The notes under the pieces are model-generated. The model did no database searches, had not been told where the DNA came from, and saw only the letters and a program-made list of their open reading frames with translations. From NCBI GenBank assembly GCA_025839675.1, contig CP104013.1:840001-872000 (forward strand): DNA of 32,000 nt. The letters run 5' to 3'. Within the stretch, counting starts at the first letter, position 1, and each line of letters begins with the position of its first letter. The position numbers and the translations under genes are program-made. Origin of the DNA: Candidatus Lokiarchaeum ossiferum. GTDB lineage: Archaea > Asgardarchaeota > Lokiarchaeia > Sigyniarchaeales > Promethearchaeaceae. Of the stretch, positions 17,812-26,144 are shown in pieces.

Positions 17812-18549
17812 TTATAATCGCATCGAATAAGGAATTAGGGCCCGTCGCATTATTTTACTATAAGAATAAAGCACAGAACGCATAGATTTTACAAGACTAA
17901 GGATTAATTCTCCTTTAATGCTAGTATAATAGTATTTCAACAAAATCATGTCTGCTTTGTGATCATGTTCCTTAAGGTTTGTATTTATGATGGTTTTTAT
18001 CTCGGATAACCGTTCTTCCCTAATATCTTCATCAATCAAATCTATTTTATGGAGAAATACATTAAATTGAGCTTTTGGTGCAACCAATGATTTCGAGTTT
18101 AATGCTTCTATTAGATCTTCCAAAATTTGATCCTTAAATTTATCAAACTGACTGATATCCATTACAAAGATGATAGAATCAGATTCACCAAAAGCTTGCT
18201 CTTGATCTAACCCAAGCCAACGTTCTATTTCTTGACCCGCAGAATCTGCAACCCCTGCTGAAACATCCAACCAATTATAGGTATAATTTTCAATTCCTCG
18301 AGTTGGTTCCAAAGGATCATCAATCAAGGTTTGTGGACTTGAGTCTTCGAAAAACACACTCCGTATAGTAGATTTTCCTGCTGCGGGGGGACCAATGAAC
18401 AATATTCGCCTGATCGATTCATCTTCATTTGCAATTCCGAGCATTCGCATTAAAAAAGCATCGGTAGGCTCCCCTTCTTCCTTATTGGCATCAATTAATT
18501 CAGCCACTTTTTTCGAGACTTCAATTGAGACCTTTTCTTCTTCTGTCAT
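17812..18549 (-). CDS. Rag/Gtr1-family small GTPase with about 45-aa N-terminal extension
   Basis: 245-aa ORF with G1 GPPAAGKST, G3 DSAGQE and G4 LHKID (HKxD is the Rag/Gtr1 variant of NKxD). Blocks GKSTIRSVFF, FLHKIDLIDEDIRE and YYTSIKGELILSLVKSMRSVL parallel RagA GKTSMRSIIF, LVHKMDLVQEDQRD and [21 protein letters not shown] (recalled from memory). Confidence 0.7.
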   Translation of the reverse strand: MTEEEKVSIEVSKKVAELIDANKEEGEPTDAFLMRMLGIANEDESIRRILFIGPPAAGKSTIRSVFFEDSSPQTLIDDPLEPTRGIENYTYNWLDVSAGVADSAGQEIERWLGLDQEQAFGESDSIIFVMDISQFDKFKDQILEDLIEALNSKSLVAPKAQFNVFLHKIDLIDEDIREERLSEIKTIINTNLKEHDHKADMILLKYYYTSIKGELILSLVKSMRSVLYSYSKIMRRALIPYSMRL

Positions 18550-18758
18550 AATTCATCCCATTCTTAATCCTAGAATCGTATTAACGATCATTTTGATTTT
18601 TAGTGCTTAATATGTATCCGTTTGAATTATTTCTTGTAATATTTTTAAAAAATAGTTGTTATTAAAAATCTTCAATCATGTGGAAACAATCTTCGGAAAT
18701 TAAACCCAGCACTCAATATTCACAAACACTCAAATATAATATCAGATTTGAACAAAAT

Positions 18759-19319
18759 ATGGATAAAAATGCACTTTGGAAATCTTTTCCGGAATTAGAA
18801 ACACCTAGATTATGGCTAAAAAAAATGAGCCGAAAGCATGCAAACGAACTTATGGAATTTTGGGGTGACGATGAAGTAACCAGATATACAGACTTTAATT
18901 CATTTAGGGAAATCCAAAAGATAGAAAAAACAATAAATTGGGTAAACAACCGGTTTAAAGATAAATATGGAATTCGGTGGGGCATTTTTCTCAAAGAAAA
19001 CTCAAAATTGATTGGAACTTGCGGATTTAATTCATGGATCACAGATCGGGGAAACAAATCCGAAATTGGATACGATTTACATAGAAAATATTGGCGAAAG
19101 GGATATATGTTTGAAAGTCTTTATAAAATGATTACCTATGGATTCCAGGAAATGAAATTGCATCGCATTGAAGCAGATGTGGATCCAAATAATATGGGGT
19201 CACAAAAATTGTTGGAAAAACTCCATTTCACTAAGGAAGGATGCTTGCGGGATAATGGGTATTGGAAAGGGCAATATTGGACGACTTTGATATATGGTCT
19301 TTTAGAAAAAGAATTCTAA
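18759..19319 (+). CDS. GNAT family N-acetyltransferase (RimJ/RimL-like)
   Basis: The ORF opens at 18678, but ATG 18759 (MDKNALWKSFPELETPRLWLKKMS) matches the usual RimJ/L N-terminus (ETxRLxLR). The acetyl-CoA region is GYDLHRKYWRKGYMFESL, followed by HRIEADVDPNNMGSQKLLEKLHFTKEG. Confidence 0.8.
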   Translation: MDKNALWKSFPELETPRLWLKKMSRKHANELMEFWGDDEVTRYTDFNSFREIQKIEKTINWVNNRFKDKYGIRWGIFLKENSKLIGTCGFNSWITDRGNKSEIGYDLHRKYWRKGYMFESLYKMITYGFQEMKLHRIEADVDPNNMGSQKLLEKLHFTKEGCLRDNGYWKGQYWTTLIYGLLEKEF

Positions 19320-19398
19320 ACAAGCGATATCCTCATCAAAGTGTTCTTTATATCCATCAAACATCCATAATTCATTTATAACAGAAGAAAAAGAAGTC

Positions 19399-19447
19399 AA
19401 AAAAAAGAGCAGCCGCCCAAACCCTTGAAAAAACTTGGAAAAAAAAA
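19399..19447 (-). terminator. oligo-T tracts downstream of the archaellin gene
   Basis: On the minus strand there is a T9 run (19447..19439) 52 nt after the stop and a T8 run (19406..19399). Archaeal terminators are oligo-T stretches. Confidence 0.3.
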
Positions 19448-19498
19448 GGGTTGGATTGACACGGCGCCGTTGCCAATACGATCGATTCACATTAAGGA

Positions 19499-20264
19499 TT
19501 ACCGTAGGAGATTCATTCCTGGTTCTATGCCCGTCGGAGCGACTTTCGACACTTTCATCATTGCGACACTAGAAATTAAAACGATCATCACATTATCATT
19601 TCCAGCAATTTCGTGCGTTGTTGCATCAAGCAACACAAAAAATCGCACAATTTCACCAGCATCTAAAATAGTGTTGGAGTGTACTTCATCATAGAATGCC
19701 ATGCCATATGTATTATTTATGGCTGCACTATTCCAAAAATACGCTTCATCATTTAGAGCAGAATTATATGATAATCTTGACTCATTTAGCGAACCAATGA
19801 ACACAGAAACTTCAATGGCAGATTCTGACAGATCAACTTCACCCGTACCTAAGACTAAACGCATATTCCATACAAGCCCTTCGAGTTTACTATTTCCATC
19901 AGCGTCGTAACCTACGACGAGTCCGCCCTCTACTATCATGAATTTTTCCACAGATTTATTTTTGTGTGTGAATAAAATTTTGCATGGCAGATGAAGCTTG
20001 CTGCAGTGCCTGTTGCCCCGTTGCACTGAGTTGTTGTTGTAATGTTGATCCCATAGTGAGGATTACAAATGCAACTCCAGCTGCAGTGATTATAAAGGCA
20101 ATCAAGATGATTGCGGCGGTCATCCCTTCATTTGCTTTTCGACCTTTTTTGGTACGGCGACGTCTGATCCGGGCGTTGGTTGCTTTATCGGCATTAATCT
20201 TGCGGATTTCCTGACGAGAATCGCAAGAACTTGATTGCAATTTGCTGCTCATAACAGATTTCAC
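19499..20264 (-). pseudogene. arlB: archaellin (ArlB/FlaB) split by a +1 frame change
   Basis: ORF 19956..20264 encodes the leader plus the archaellin N-terminal helix, TAAIILIAFIITAAGVAFVILTMGSTLQQQLSATGQQALQQASSAMQ. ORF 19499..20026, offset by one nucleotide, continues with the archaellin-type beta-rich body, MIVEGGLVVGYDADGNSKLEGLVWNMRLVLGTGEVDLSESAIEVSV. The frames meet at minus-strand CACACACAAAAATAAA (19955..19970). The likely start is ATG 20252, preceded by AGGTGA. Confidence 0.7.
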
Positions 20265-20402
20265 CTGTTTAATTTTTGGCCACTTGAGTCATCTTACAAC
20301 TAGCGTAGGATTTGTCCAGTTCCAAATTTTATTCAATTCTTGAGACAAAGGTTAATACTTAAAGACAATTATTAGAAAAATTCTAAAAAAAATGATTTCA
20401 TC

Positions 20403-22184
20403 TTAGAGAATTGCAACACCAAAACCACCAATCAACTCACCAGCTACTTGACTGATCACAATAATCTCTAAACCCGCAATAATATAATATTGAGACAAGT
20501 ATTTGGTAACTTTCATCCAAGTACCTCGTTGAGGAATAATTATGGCCAGACAAGCGTAAATTGGCATAGTTAAATAATAGATGGTGAAATACAAATCAGT
20601 AAAAAATGCAGGAGGTGGTTTACCTAACTGTAAATTCATCCCTTGGACATCTTGCAGAGCACCCATTGTGACATTCAATAGGAAAAGAACATCTTTCATA
20701 AAGATCATAATCCCAATATTAATAATAGTGAGCATCAGTAAAGTCCCTTTGAAGACCCCAATTACCTGCTGCCTATCCCGACGGAGCTTCAATATTTTTT
20801 CAACATTGGTTGAGATAAATTTGGATATTATTTCGGTATTACCTCCTATATCTAAACTAGAAGTAAAAATTCGAAGAAAACGATCAATAATACTGCTGGA
20901 TGTGCTATCAGAAAACCATTGCCACGCAATAATCGGATCAATCCCAAATTTTGATTGGGTGTATAATAATTTAATATCAGTAGTCAAAGGACCAAATTGT
21001 TCCCGAGAGATGATGTTAACAGAATCAAAAATGCTTCCTCCTAATAATGCTGTTGTAGCGCCCAAAGTGCGAATAAAAACGGGGAAATTAGCATCCCGTC
21101 GTTTTATAATATCTTCAAATTTTTCAGCAACATAACCAGGATAAAACATGGAGATTCCAAATATGATCATGAAAACTGGGAGAGAGATCACAGAATTACC
21201 GTCAGCATCTTTTAGAAAGAAAGTAATGAATGCCAAAATTGGCATGAAAACAAAAACACAGATTAAAAAGGAATAAAGAACTTTTTCGTACTCAGCGGTT
21301 TTCCTTTGAATATTCACCAAACCATCTTTGGGGGAGATCGCATAAAAGGCAACCATAAGAGCAATATAAACAAGTTCTATTACCCCCAAAATGAGAAATA
21401 AATTCCGAGTATTGGCAGCTTCATCACTTCCAAAAAGAAACATCATCAAAAGAAAGGTAATAGATATAAAACTCAATGAAGTGGAAAGTGCGGTAAACAT
21501 ATCGTTAAGTACCTCAAGGGATTTCAACTTGCGAGTATAATCCGAAATATAACCGTTTAAAACCGATTGCTGTTCTTTTAAGAAATAATCTTCTAAATTT
21601 TCACCCGCATCCAAAGCTTGGGAAAAACGGGAGAGAAAATCACCAAATCTGGAACTTGCTGTCGTAGCACTTACTTTTTTAATGCTATCTAAATATCCAA
21701 GATTCCACTCTTTCGCCATGGTACGAATTCGTTTTACCTCTAAAGCAATTAGTCCAAAAGATTTTTCCCGACGACTTACATTCTCAAAAAGTTGATCTCG
21801 ACTAGCTTTTGAGGTAGAAATACCACCCATATAGGTAACAAGCATAGGAAGAGCAGTATCAATTTGTTCTTGACGTAAAGAGCGTTTAAAATAGGGAAAG
21901 ATAAAAACTATAATGAATCCAAGAAAAAAACATGAAATTGATAAAGGAAAAATTATCCCAGAAATCATAGGGCTCATTTCCAATAAAATTCCGATGATTA
22001 TTCCGGACCCTAGACCACCCACTGTAATAGGGAGAAGAATTTTAAATAAATATTCACCTATGGATTTCTGTATTCCTGCTTGGATTAGTGTTTGTTGGAA
22101 CGAATCAACAAGTTTCCGATAAACATCTTGCATTGTTTCTTTGAAACTTTGTTTTTTATTCTCTTCGTCTCGTTTTTCCATCAT
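20403..22184 (-). CDS. arlJ: archaellum membrane platform protein ArlJ (FlaJ)
   Basis: 593-aa polytopic membrane protein with two TadC/GspF-like halves. The size and the position directly after arlI are typical of FlaJ. Confidence 0.8.
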   Translation of the reverse strand: MMEKRDEENKKQSFKETMQDVYRKLVDSFQQTLIQAGIQKSIGEYLFKILLPITVGGLGSGIIIGILLEMSPMISGIIFPLSISCFFLGFIIVFIFPYFKRSLRQEQIDTALPMLVTYMGGISTSKASRDQLFENVSRREKSFGLIALEVKRIRTMAKEWNLGYLDSIKKVSATTASSRFGDFLSRFSQALDAGENLEDYFLKEQQSVLNGYISDYTRKLKSLEVLNDMFTALSTSLSFISITFLLMMFLFGSDEAANTRNLFLILGVIELVYIALMVAFYAISPKDGLVNIQRKTAEYEKVLYSFLICVFVFMPILAFITFFLKDADGNSVISLPVFMIIFGISMFYPGYVAEKFEDIIKRRDANFPVFIRTLGATTALLGGSIFDSVNIISREQFGPLTTDIKLLYTQSKFGIDPIIAWQWFSDSTSSSIIDRFLRIFTSSLDIGGNTEIISKFISTNVEKILKLRRDRQQVIGVFKGTLLMLTIINIGIMIFMKDVLFLLNVTMGALQDVQGMNLQLGKPPPAFFTDLYFTIYYLTMPIYACLAIIIPQRGTWMKVTKYLSQYYIIAGLEIIVISQVAGELIGGFGVAIL

Positions 22185-22220
22185 ATATCAGTTTGATTTG
22201 GTTATTTGACCATGATTAAC

Positions 22221-24008
22221 TTAGAGTGCGGCATCGTCTTCTTCCTTCATACGCCGTTTCATTGTATCTACTACTTCTTGAGGTAATTTCTTTTTGTTTT
22301 TATAAGTGGTTAATATTCGAAAGATAGTATGGTAATTTTGAATTCCAAGTTCTCCAAACGCTTCTAGGATATGTCGTTTCGTGCGTAATTCGTCATAGAG
22401 CATTTTAATATCTTTTCGTTTTATTCCCCGTTTGACTGCGATTTTTTGTTCAAATACATAGGATTGATTTCTAAATATATGAGTATCATCCCCTGCATCC
22501 CATGCAAAAAGCTCAACATACCTAAATTTATCTTTTTTTGGAAGATAATCAACTAATTCATTGCAAGAAATGCAACGACGTAATAATTTTCCCGTTTTTC
22601 CTTGAACTGCCATTTGTATATAGACAAGATCAAGTAAAGCAATAAATGCAGGAGGGACATTAATAGGCTTCCCAGTCATACGATTCACAAATGCTCGTAC
22701 ACTACCAGCGTGGAAAGTAGCAACCATCGGGTGACCAGTTTGCATTGCTTGAAAAGCCATGTTTCCTTCTTCACCACGAATTTCTCCAATAATTATTAAA
22801 TTTGGACGTTGTCTGAGAGCTGCCTTTACAAGAAGAAAAATATCCACGGGATTTCCAGCTGAAGCAGGACGGGTGACTTCTCGAGTCCAATTTTGGTGAG
22901 GCACTTTTACTTCTGGAGTATCTTCAATACTTACGATTTTTGCATTAGGTCCAATAAAAGTGAGTAAGGCATTCAAAGAGGTCGTTTTTCCAGATGCAGT
23001 TTCACCAACAACCATCATAGAATGATGAGATTCCAGGGTCATCCATAAATATGCACATAATTGGGAACTAAGAGTGCCCCATCCAATAAGATTGACTACA
23101 CTGATAACATCTTCACTAAACTTACGGATTGTGAAATTTGATCCATGCATGGACACATCTGTTCCATAGACGATATTAATACGAGAGCCATCGGGTAAAG
23201 CAGCATCAACCACAGGATTGGAGTGGCTCGCAGGACGTCCAGAACGTTCGCTAAGATATAGGGCAAACAAATCAAGTTCTTCATCCGTTTCAAATATAAT
23301 GGTACTTTCAAGAGATTCAAAGATTTTATGTTCTACAAAGAGTGGACCTTTCCCATTACAAGTTATATCTTCAATATATGGATCATTAATTAGTGGTTGG
23401 AGTTTTCCTAAACCAATCTTATTACGAATAAAATAATAACGGACCCGTTCAGCGACGACGGGATCGAGCTTCAATTTGGAACTCTGTTTCAATTTGGACA
23501 GCAATTTCAAAATTGGATTTGAAGAATCTGTTTTTTCATAGGAAGTTCCTGATCCTCCACCACCGATGGAAGTATCAATTATACGAGCAGCAAACTTGTC
23601 ATATAATTTAATATGATCTTCTTTATTCTCTGGAATATCATTGTACTTAATCAAAGAGGTTAAGGTGGACATAATTTTTTCTTGAGCATCTGTAGTAGCT
23701 TGATTTAATGTAGGTTCTATTGAAGAATATAAGATTCTGGAAGGCCCGGGATAAATATGTATAAATACAGGTCCATCTGCAGGGTATAAAACATTGGGAT
23801 ATTCCAATTTTTTATGCTTGCGCTCTAATTTTTCAATATATACAGGCACCCCAATTTCTTCATTGTAGTTCTGAATTAAATAGTCCAGTACATGAGGGTA
23901 TTTGGCAGTAATTTGCCTTAATACAACATTTTGATTAATTTTGGCTTCTGCTTGGGCCATTTCTTGCGTGGACATTGTTTCTGTCATGTTTAATTCAGCA
24001 TTCAACAA
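22221..24008 (-). CDS. arlI: archaellum assembly/motor ATPase ArlI (FlaI)
   Basis: 595 aa. Walker A is VVGETASGKTTSLNALL, followed by VSIEDTPEV, Walker B/Asp box LIIIGEIRGEE and His box ATFHAGS. This is a type II/IV secretion ATPase of the FlaI type. Confidence 0.9.
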   Translation of the reverse strand: MLNAELNMTETMSTQEMAQAEAKINQNVVLRQITAKYPHVLDYLIQNYNEEIGVPVYIEKLERKHKKLEYPNVLYPADGPVFIHIYPGPSRILYSSIEPTLNQATTDAQEKIMSTLTSLIKYNDIPENKEDHIKLYDKFAARIIDTSIGGGGSGTSYEKTDSSNPILKLLSKLKQSSKLKLDPVVAERVRYYFIRNKIGLGKLQPLINDPYIEDITCNGKGPLFVEHKIFESLESTIIFETDEELDLFALYLSERSGRPASHSNPVVDAALPDGSRINIVYGTDVSMHGSNFTIRKFSEDVISVVNLIGWGTLSSQLCAYLWMTLESHHSMMVVGETASGKTTSLNALLTFIGPNAKIVSIEDTPEVKVPHQNWTREVTRPASAGNPVDIFLLVKAALRQRPNLIIIGEIRGEEGNMAFQAMQTGHPMVATFHAGSVRAFVNRMTGKPINVPPAFIALLDLVYIQMAVQGKTGKLLRRCISCNELVDYLPKKDKFRYVELFAWDAGDDTHIFRNQSYVFEQKIAVKRGIKRKDIKMLYDELRTKRHILEAFGELGIQNYHTIFRILTTYKNKKKLPQEVVDTMKRRMKEEDDAAL

Positions 24009-24150
24009 TTCTCATGGAATTCATATTGAAGATGTAGAAATTGTTTCTAACCATCCAAGTAACCCTTTTTACTATATATTTGGGTTTTTAGAAATTTCTT
24101 CACAAAAAAATCAATTTTTTTATCTTAATTGAAAGAAAAAATGAAATAAT

Positions 24151-24912
24151 TTAAGCCGCAGAAATAACTGAAACCGCAATTCCAAAGGCAGAATCAATAT
24201 TAAAGACAATTAATTGAGATATTTCATCTTGTGCTAACCATTTTAAAACTGAACACGCTTTGAAGGCCGTTCCATCTTCTTCTCGCTGTTCAAATCGAAG
24301 AATTAAGTCACATAAATTCATAAAATTTAATTCGATATAGTCATATAACTCGGGGAAGTAAGTTGGAATAGTAATAATGACTGTTTTTCCACCAATGGTT
24401 AATCTTTTACACAATTCAAAGAAAAACATTACTTGTTTAGGATCAAAATTCTTTCCGACAAAATAAGTCAGGGAATCAATAATAATCACTTCGCTTTCAA
24501 TGTTGGATATTAGATCAATTAACTTAAACATTACATCAGGAGTACGTAGAACTTTTCCTGATTGAGACACAACAGGAATAATGTCAAACTGTCCAGTTAA
24601 AAAGAAATCTTCTGCTCTTTCCCAAGATAGAGAGAACATATTTTGCACTAAACCTTTGACTGTCATCTCACTTGTGATATAGGAAACGGTCTTTCTACAT
24701 CGCAAAGCACCATAAGCAATTTGTTGACACCATACAGACTTCCCTGCCCCCATATCCCCAGCAAATACTGCAAGAGATCCACATTTTACTCCACCCCCCA
24801 GATTTCGATCCAATTCTTCATTCGTTGTGAGGAAATATTCGGAGAAATCTTTTTCTGGCCCTTTTTTTTCTTCTTTATCTGCAAATGATTCCATAATTCT
24901 GTTTCCTCGCAT
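24151..24912 (-). CDS. arlH: archaellum KaiC/RecA-like ATP-binding protein ArlH (FlaH)
   Basis: 253 aa with Walker A FAGDMGAGKSVWCQQIAYG and a hydrophobic strand plus Asp (VIIIDSL). It sits between the F/G-like genes and arlI. Confidence 0.85.
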   Translation of the reverse strand: MRGNRIMESFADKEEKKGPEKDFSEYFLTTNEELDRNLGGGVKCGSLAVFAGDMGAGKSVWCQQIAYGALRCRKTVSYITSEMTVKGLVQNMFSLSWERAEDFFLTGQFDIIPVVSQSGKVLRTPDVMFKLIDLISNIESEVIIIDSLTYFVGKNFDPKQVMFFFELCKRLTIGGKTVIITIPTYFPELYDYIELNFMNLCDLILRFEQREEDGTAFKACSVLKWLAQDEISQLIVFNIDSAFGIAVSVISAA

Positions 24913-24927
24913 TAATTCGTAATGATC

Positions 24928-25464
24928 TTATGATAGGGTGTTATAAATAAATGAATCTCCGACCCCATTAGGGGTTGAAATTCGGTAATAATAGTATTGC
25001 TCCGCTATTGTTACATTAAACGTAATTGTGATATTTAAAAGCTCATGAGGATCCCAATAAGTGGGATTGTGGGACAAATCACCTAACATAGTAAACGACC
25101 AATAACATCCAGCACTGATAATTGCAGCACCTAAATTCGAACTGGGAATCCATCTATCATAGACATATGGCCCACAATCAAGAACTTGAGTGACATTTGT
25201 AAAAACATCCATAGAGTCCAATTGATAAATAATTTCTGTTCCAATATTTTCTATCACTAAATTAATAGCCATTTCAGAAGGATCGCGCGAAGCATTAATT
25301 AATTGAATGCTTGTATGGATGCGAGAAAATTCCCGATCGTAATTGTTTTCCTGAGCTTCTGTTATCAATTCATTAGAACTTTGAAAAGCTGAATAAAGCA
25401 TAGATCCCACTAACAGAGTACAAAGAAATAACATTCCAAAGGAAATTGATACTGATTGTCCCAT
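24928..25464 (-). CDS. ArlF/ArlG-family archaellum stator/periplasmic protein
   Basis: 178 aa with an N-terminal hydrophobic helix (ISFGMLFLCTLLVGSMLYSAF) and a beta-rich domain containing LVIENIGTE..MDVF, as in FlaF/FlaG proteins. I cannot tell F from G by eye. Confidence 0.6.
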   Translation of the reverse strand: MGQSVSISFGMLFLCTLLVGSMLYSAFQSSNELITEAQENNYDREFSRIHTSIQLINASRDPSEMAINLVIENIGTEIIYQLDSMDVFTNVTQVLDCGPYVYDRWIPSSNLGAAIISAGCYWSFTMLGDLSHNPTYWDPHELLNITITFNVTIAEQYYYYRISTPNGVGDSFIYNTLS

Positions 25465-25499
25465 TTTTTTTCAAGTTTTTTTTATGTTCAAAGAAAATT

Positions 25500-25979
25500 T
25501 CAAATTGAAAATTGATAAATTTCACTAATTCCTGATATAGCGATAACTATTTGATGAGAACCAGAATTAATTGACTCACCATCAGGAAAATACATGCGAA
25601 CTATAATTGTCTCGAGTGGATCCCAAATATTGTTTCCATTGTCGTTCAAGATAGTTGCATTCCATCGAAAAAGACTTGTGTCCGCACTGTCAAGGTAATA
25701 ATAGTCCCCATCTAAGAAGACATCCATTTCAGAGAAGGACCCCACAGATGCATCCCCAAGATTCTTCACATAACCATATATTGTTGAATTCCCCGCTTCT
25801 GTGTTTCCTATAGCAAGTACTTCAAAATCAGTATTAATTTGATTAGCAAAATTTTGACCGCTGTTGTTAATTGATGCACCTATTGCAGCCGCTACAGTAA
25901 AAGCCGCTGCGATGACAACTATAGTTGTTACAATCGACGCTGTAGACATTATTCCAGTTGATACTGCATTATCACTCAT
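25500..25979 (-). CDS. ArlG/ArlF-family archaellum protein
   Basis: 159 aa with an N-terminal helix IVTTIVVIAAAFTVAAAIGA and then YVKNLGDASVGSFSEMDVFLDG, the FlaG/FlaF-type N-x-G ... D-V-(F/I)-x-D-G block. It is the first gene of the operon. Confidence 0.6.
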   Translation of the reverse strand: MSDNAVSTGIMSTASIVTTIVVIAAAFTVAAAIGASINNSGQNFANQINTDFEVLAIGNTEAGNSTIYGYVKNLGDASVGSFSEMDVFLDGDYYYLDSADTSLFRWNATILNDNGNNIWDPLETIIVRMYFPDGESINSGSHQIVIAISGISEIYQFSI

Positions 25980-26144
25980 ATAGAATACCTAAAAGGTTGA
26001 CCTTTAGTTACTAGTTCTTAGTGAATTCCTTGCCAAATATTAAGAGTTTAAAATGATTTTTTGGAAAGATTTTGAAATAATTCTAAGGTCTTTTTTTGAA
26101 GGGAGAAATAATAGGGAGAAGATTGCATACTTTCGTTAATAGTC

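Noticed and set aside
19408-19490. Locally GC-richer patch (GCAGCCGCCCAAACCC ... GACACGGCGCCGTTGCC) between the GNAT and archaellin genes, as a possible tRNA or small RNA.
   Set aside because: I could not fold it into a cloverleaf: no acceptor/T-arm pairing and no GTTCRANYC-like T-loop. It sits between convergent gene ends, where terminator-associated sequence is expected.
19425-20214. Plus-strand ORFs 19425..19694, 19701..19910 and 19984..20214 opposite the archaellin gene. Also the first 28 codons (MQRGNRHCSKLHLPCKILFTHKNKSVEK) of ORF 19499..20026 read as a real N-terminus.
   Set aside because: The minus strand carries clear archaellin sequence here. The upstream part of ORF 19499..20026 is simply the out-of-frame read of the archaellin N-terminal region, not a genuine start.
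20581-23436. ORFs antisense to arlJ/arlI (20581..21135, 21913..22122, 23096..23320, 23218..23436).
   Set aside because: They are contained in strongly supported arlJ/arlI coding sequence and have no motifs.
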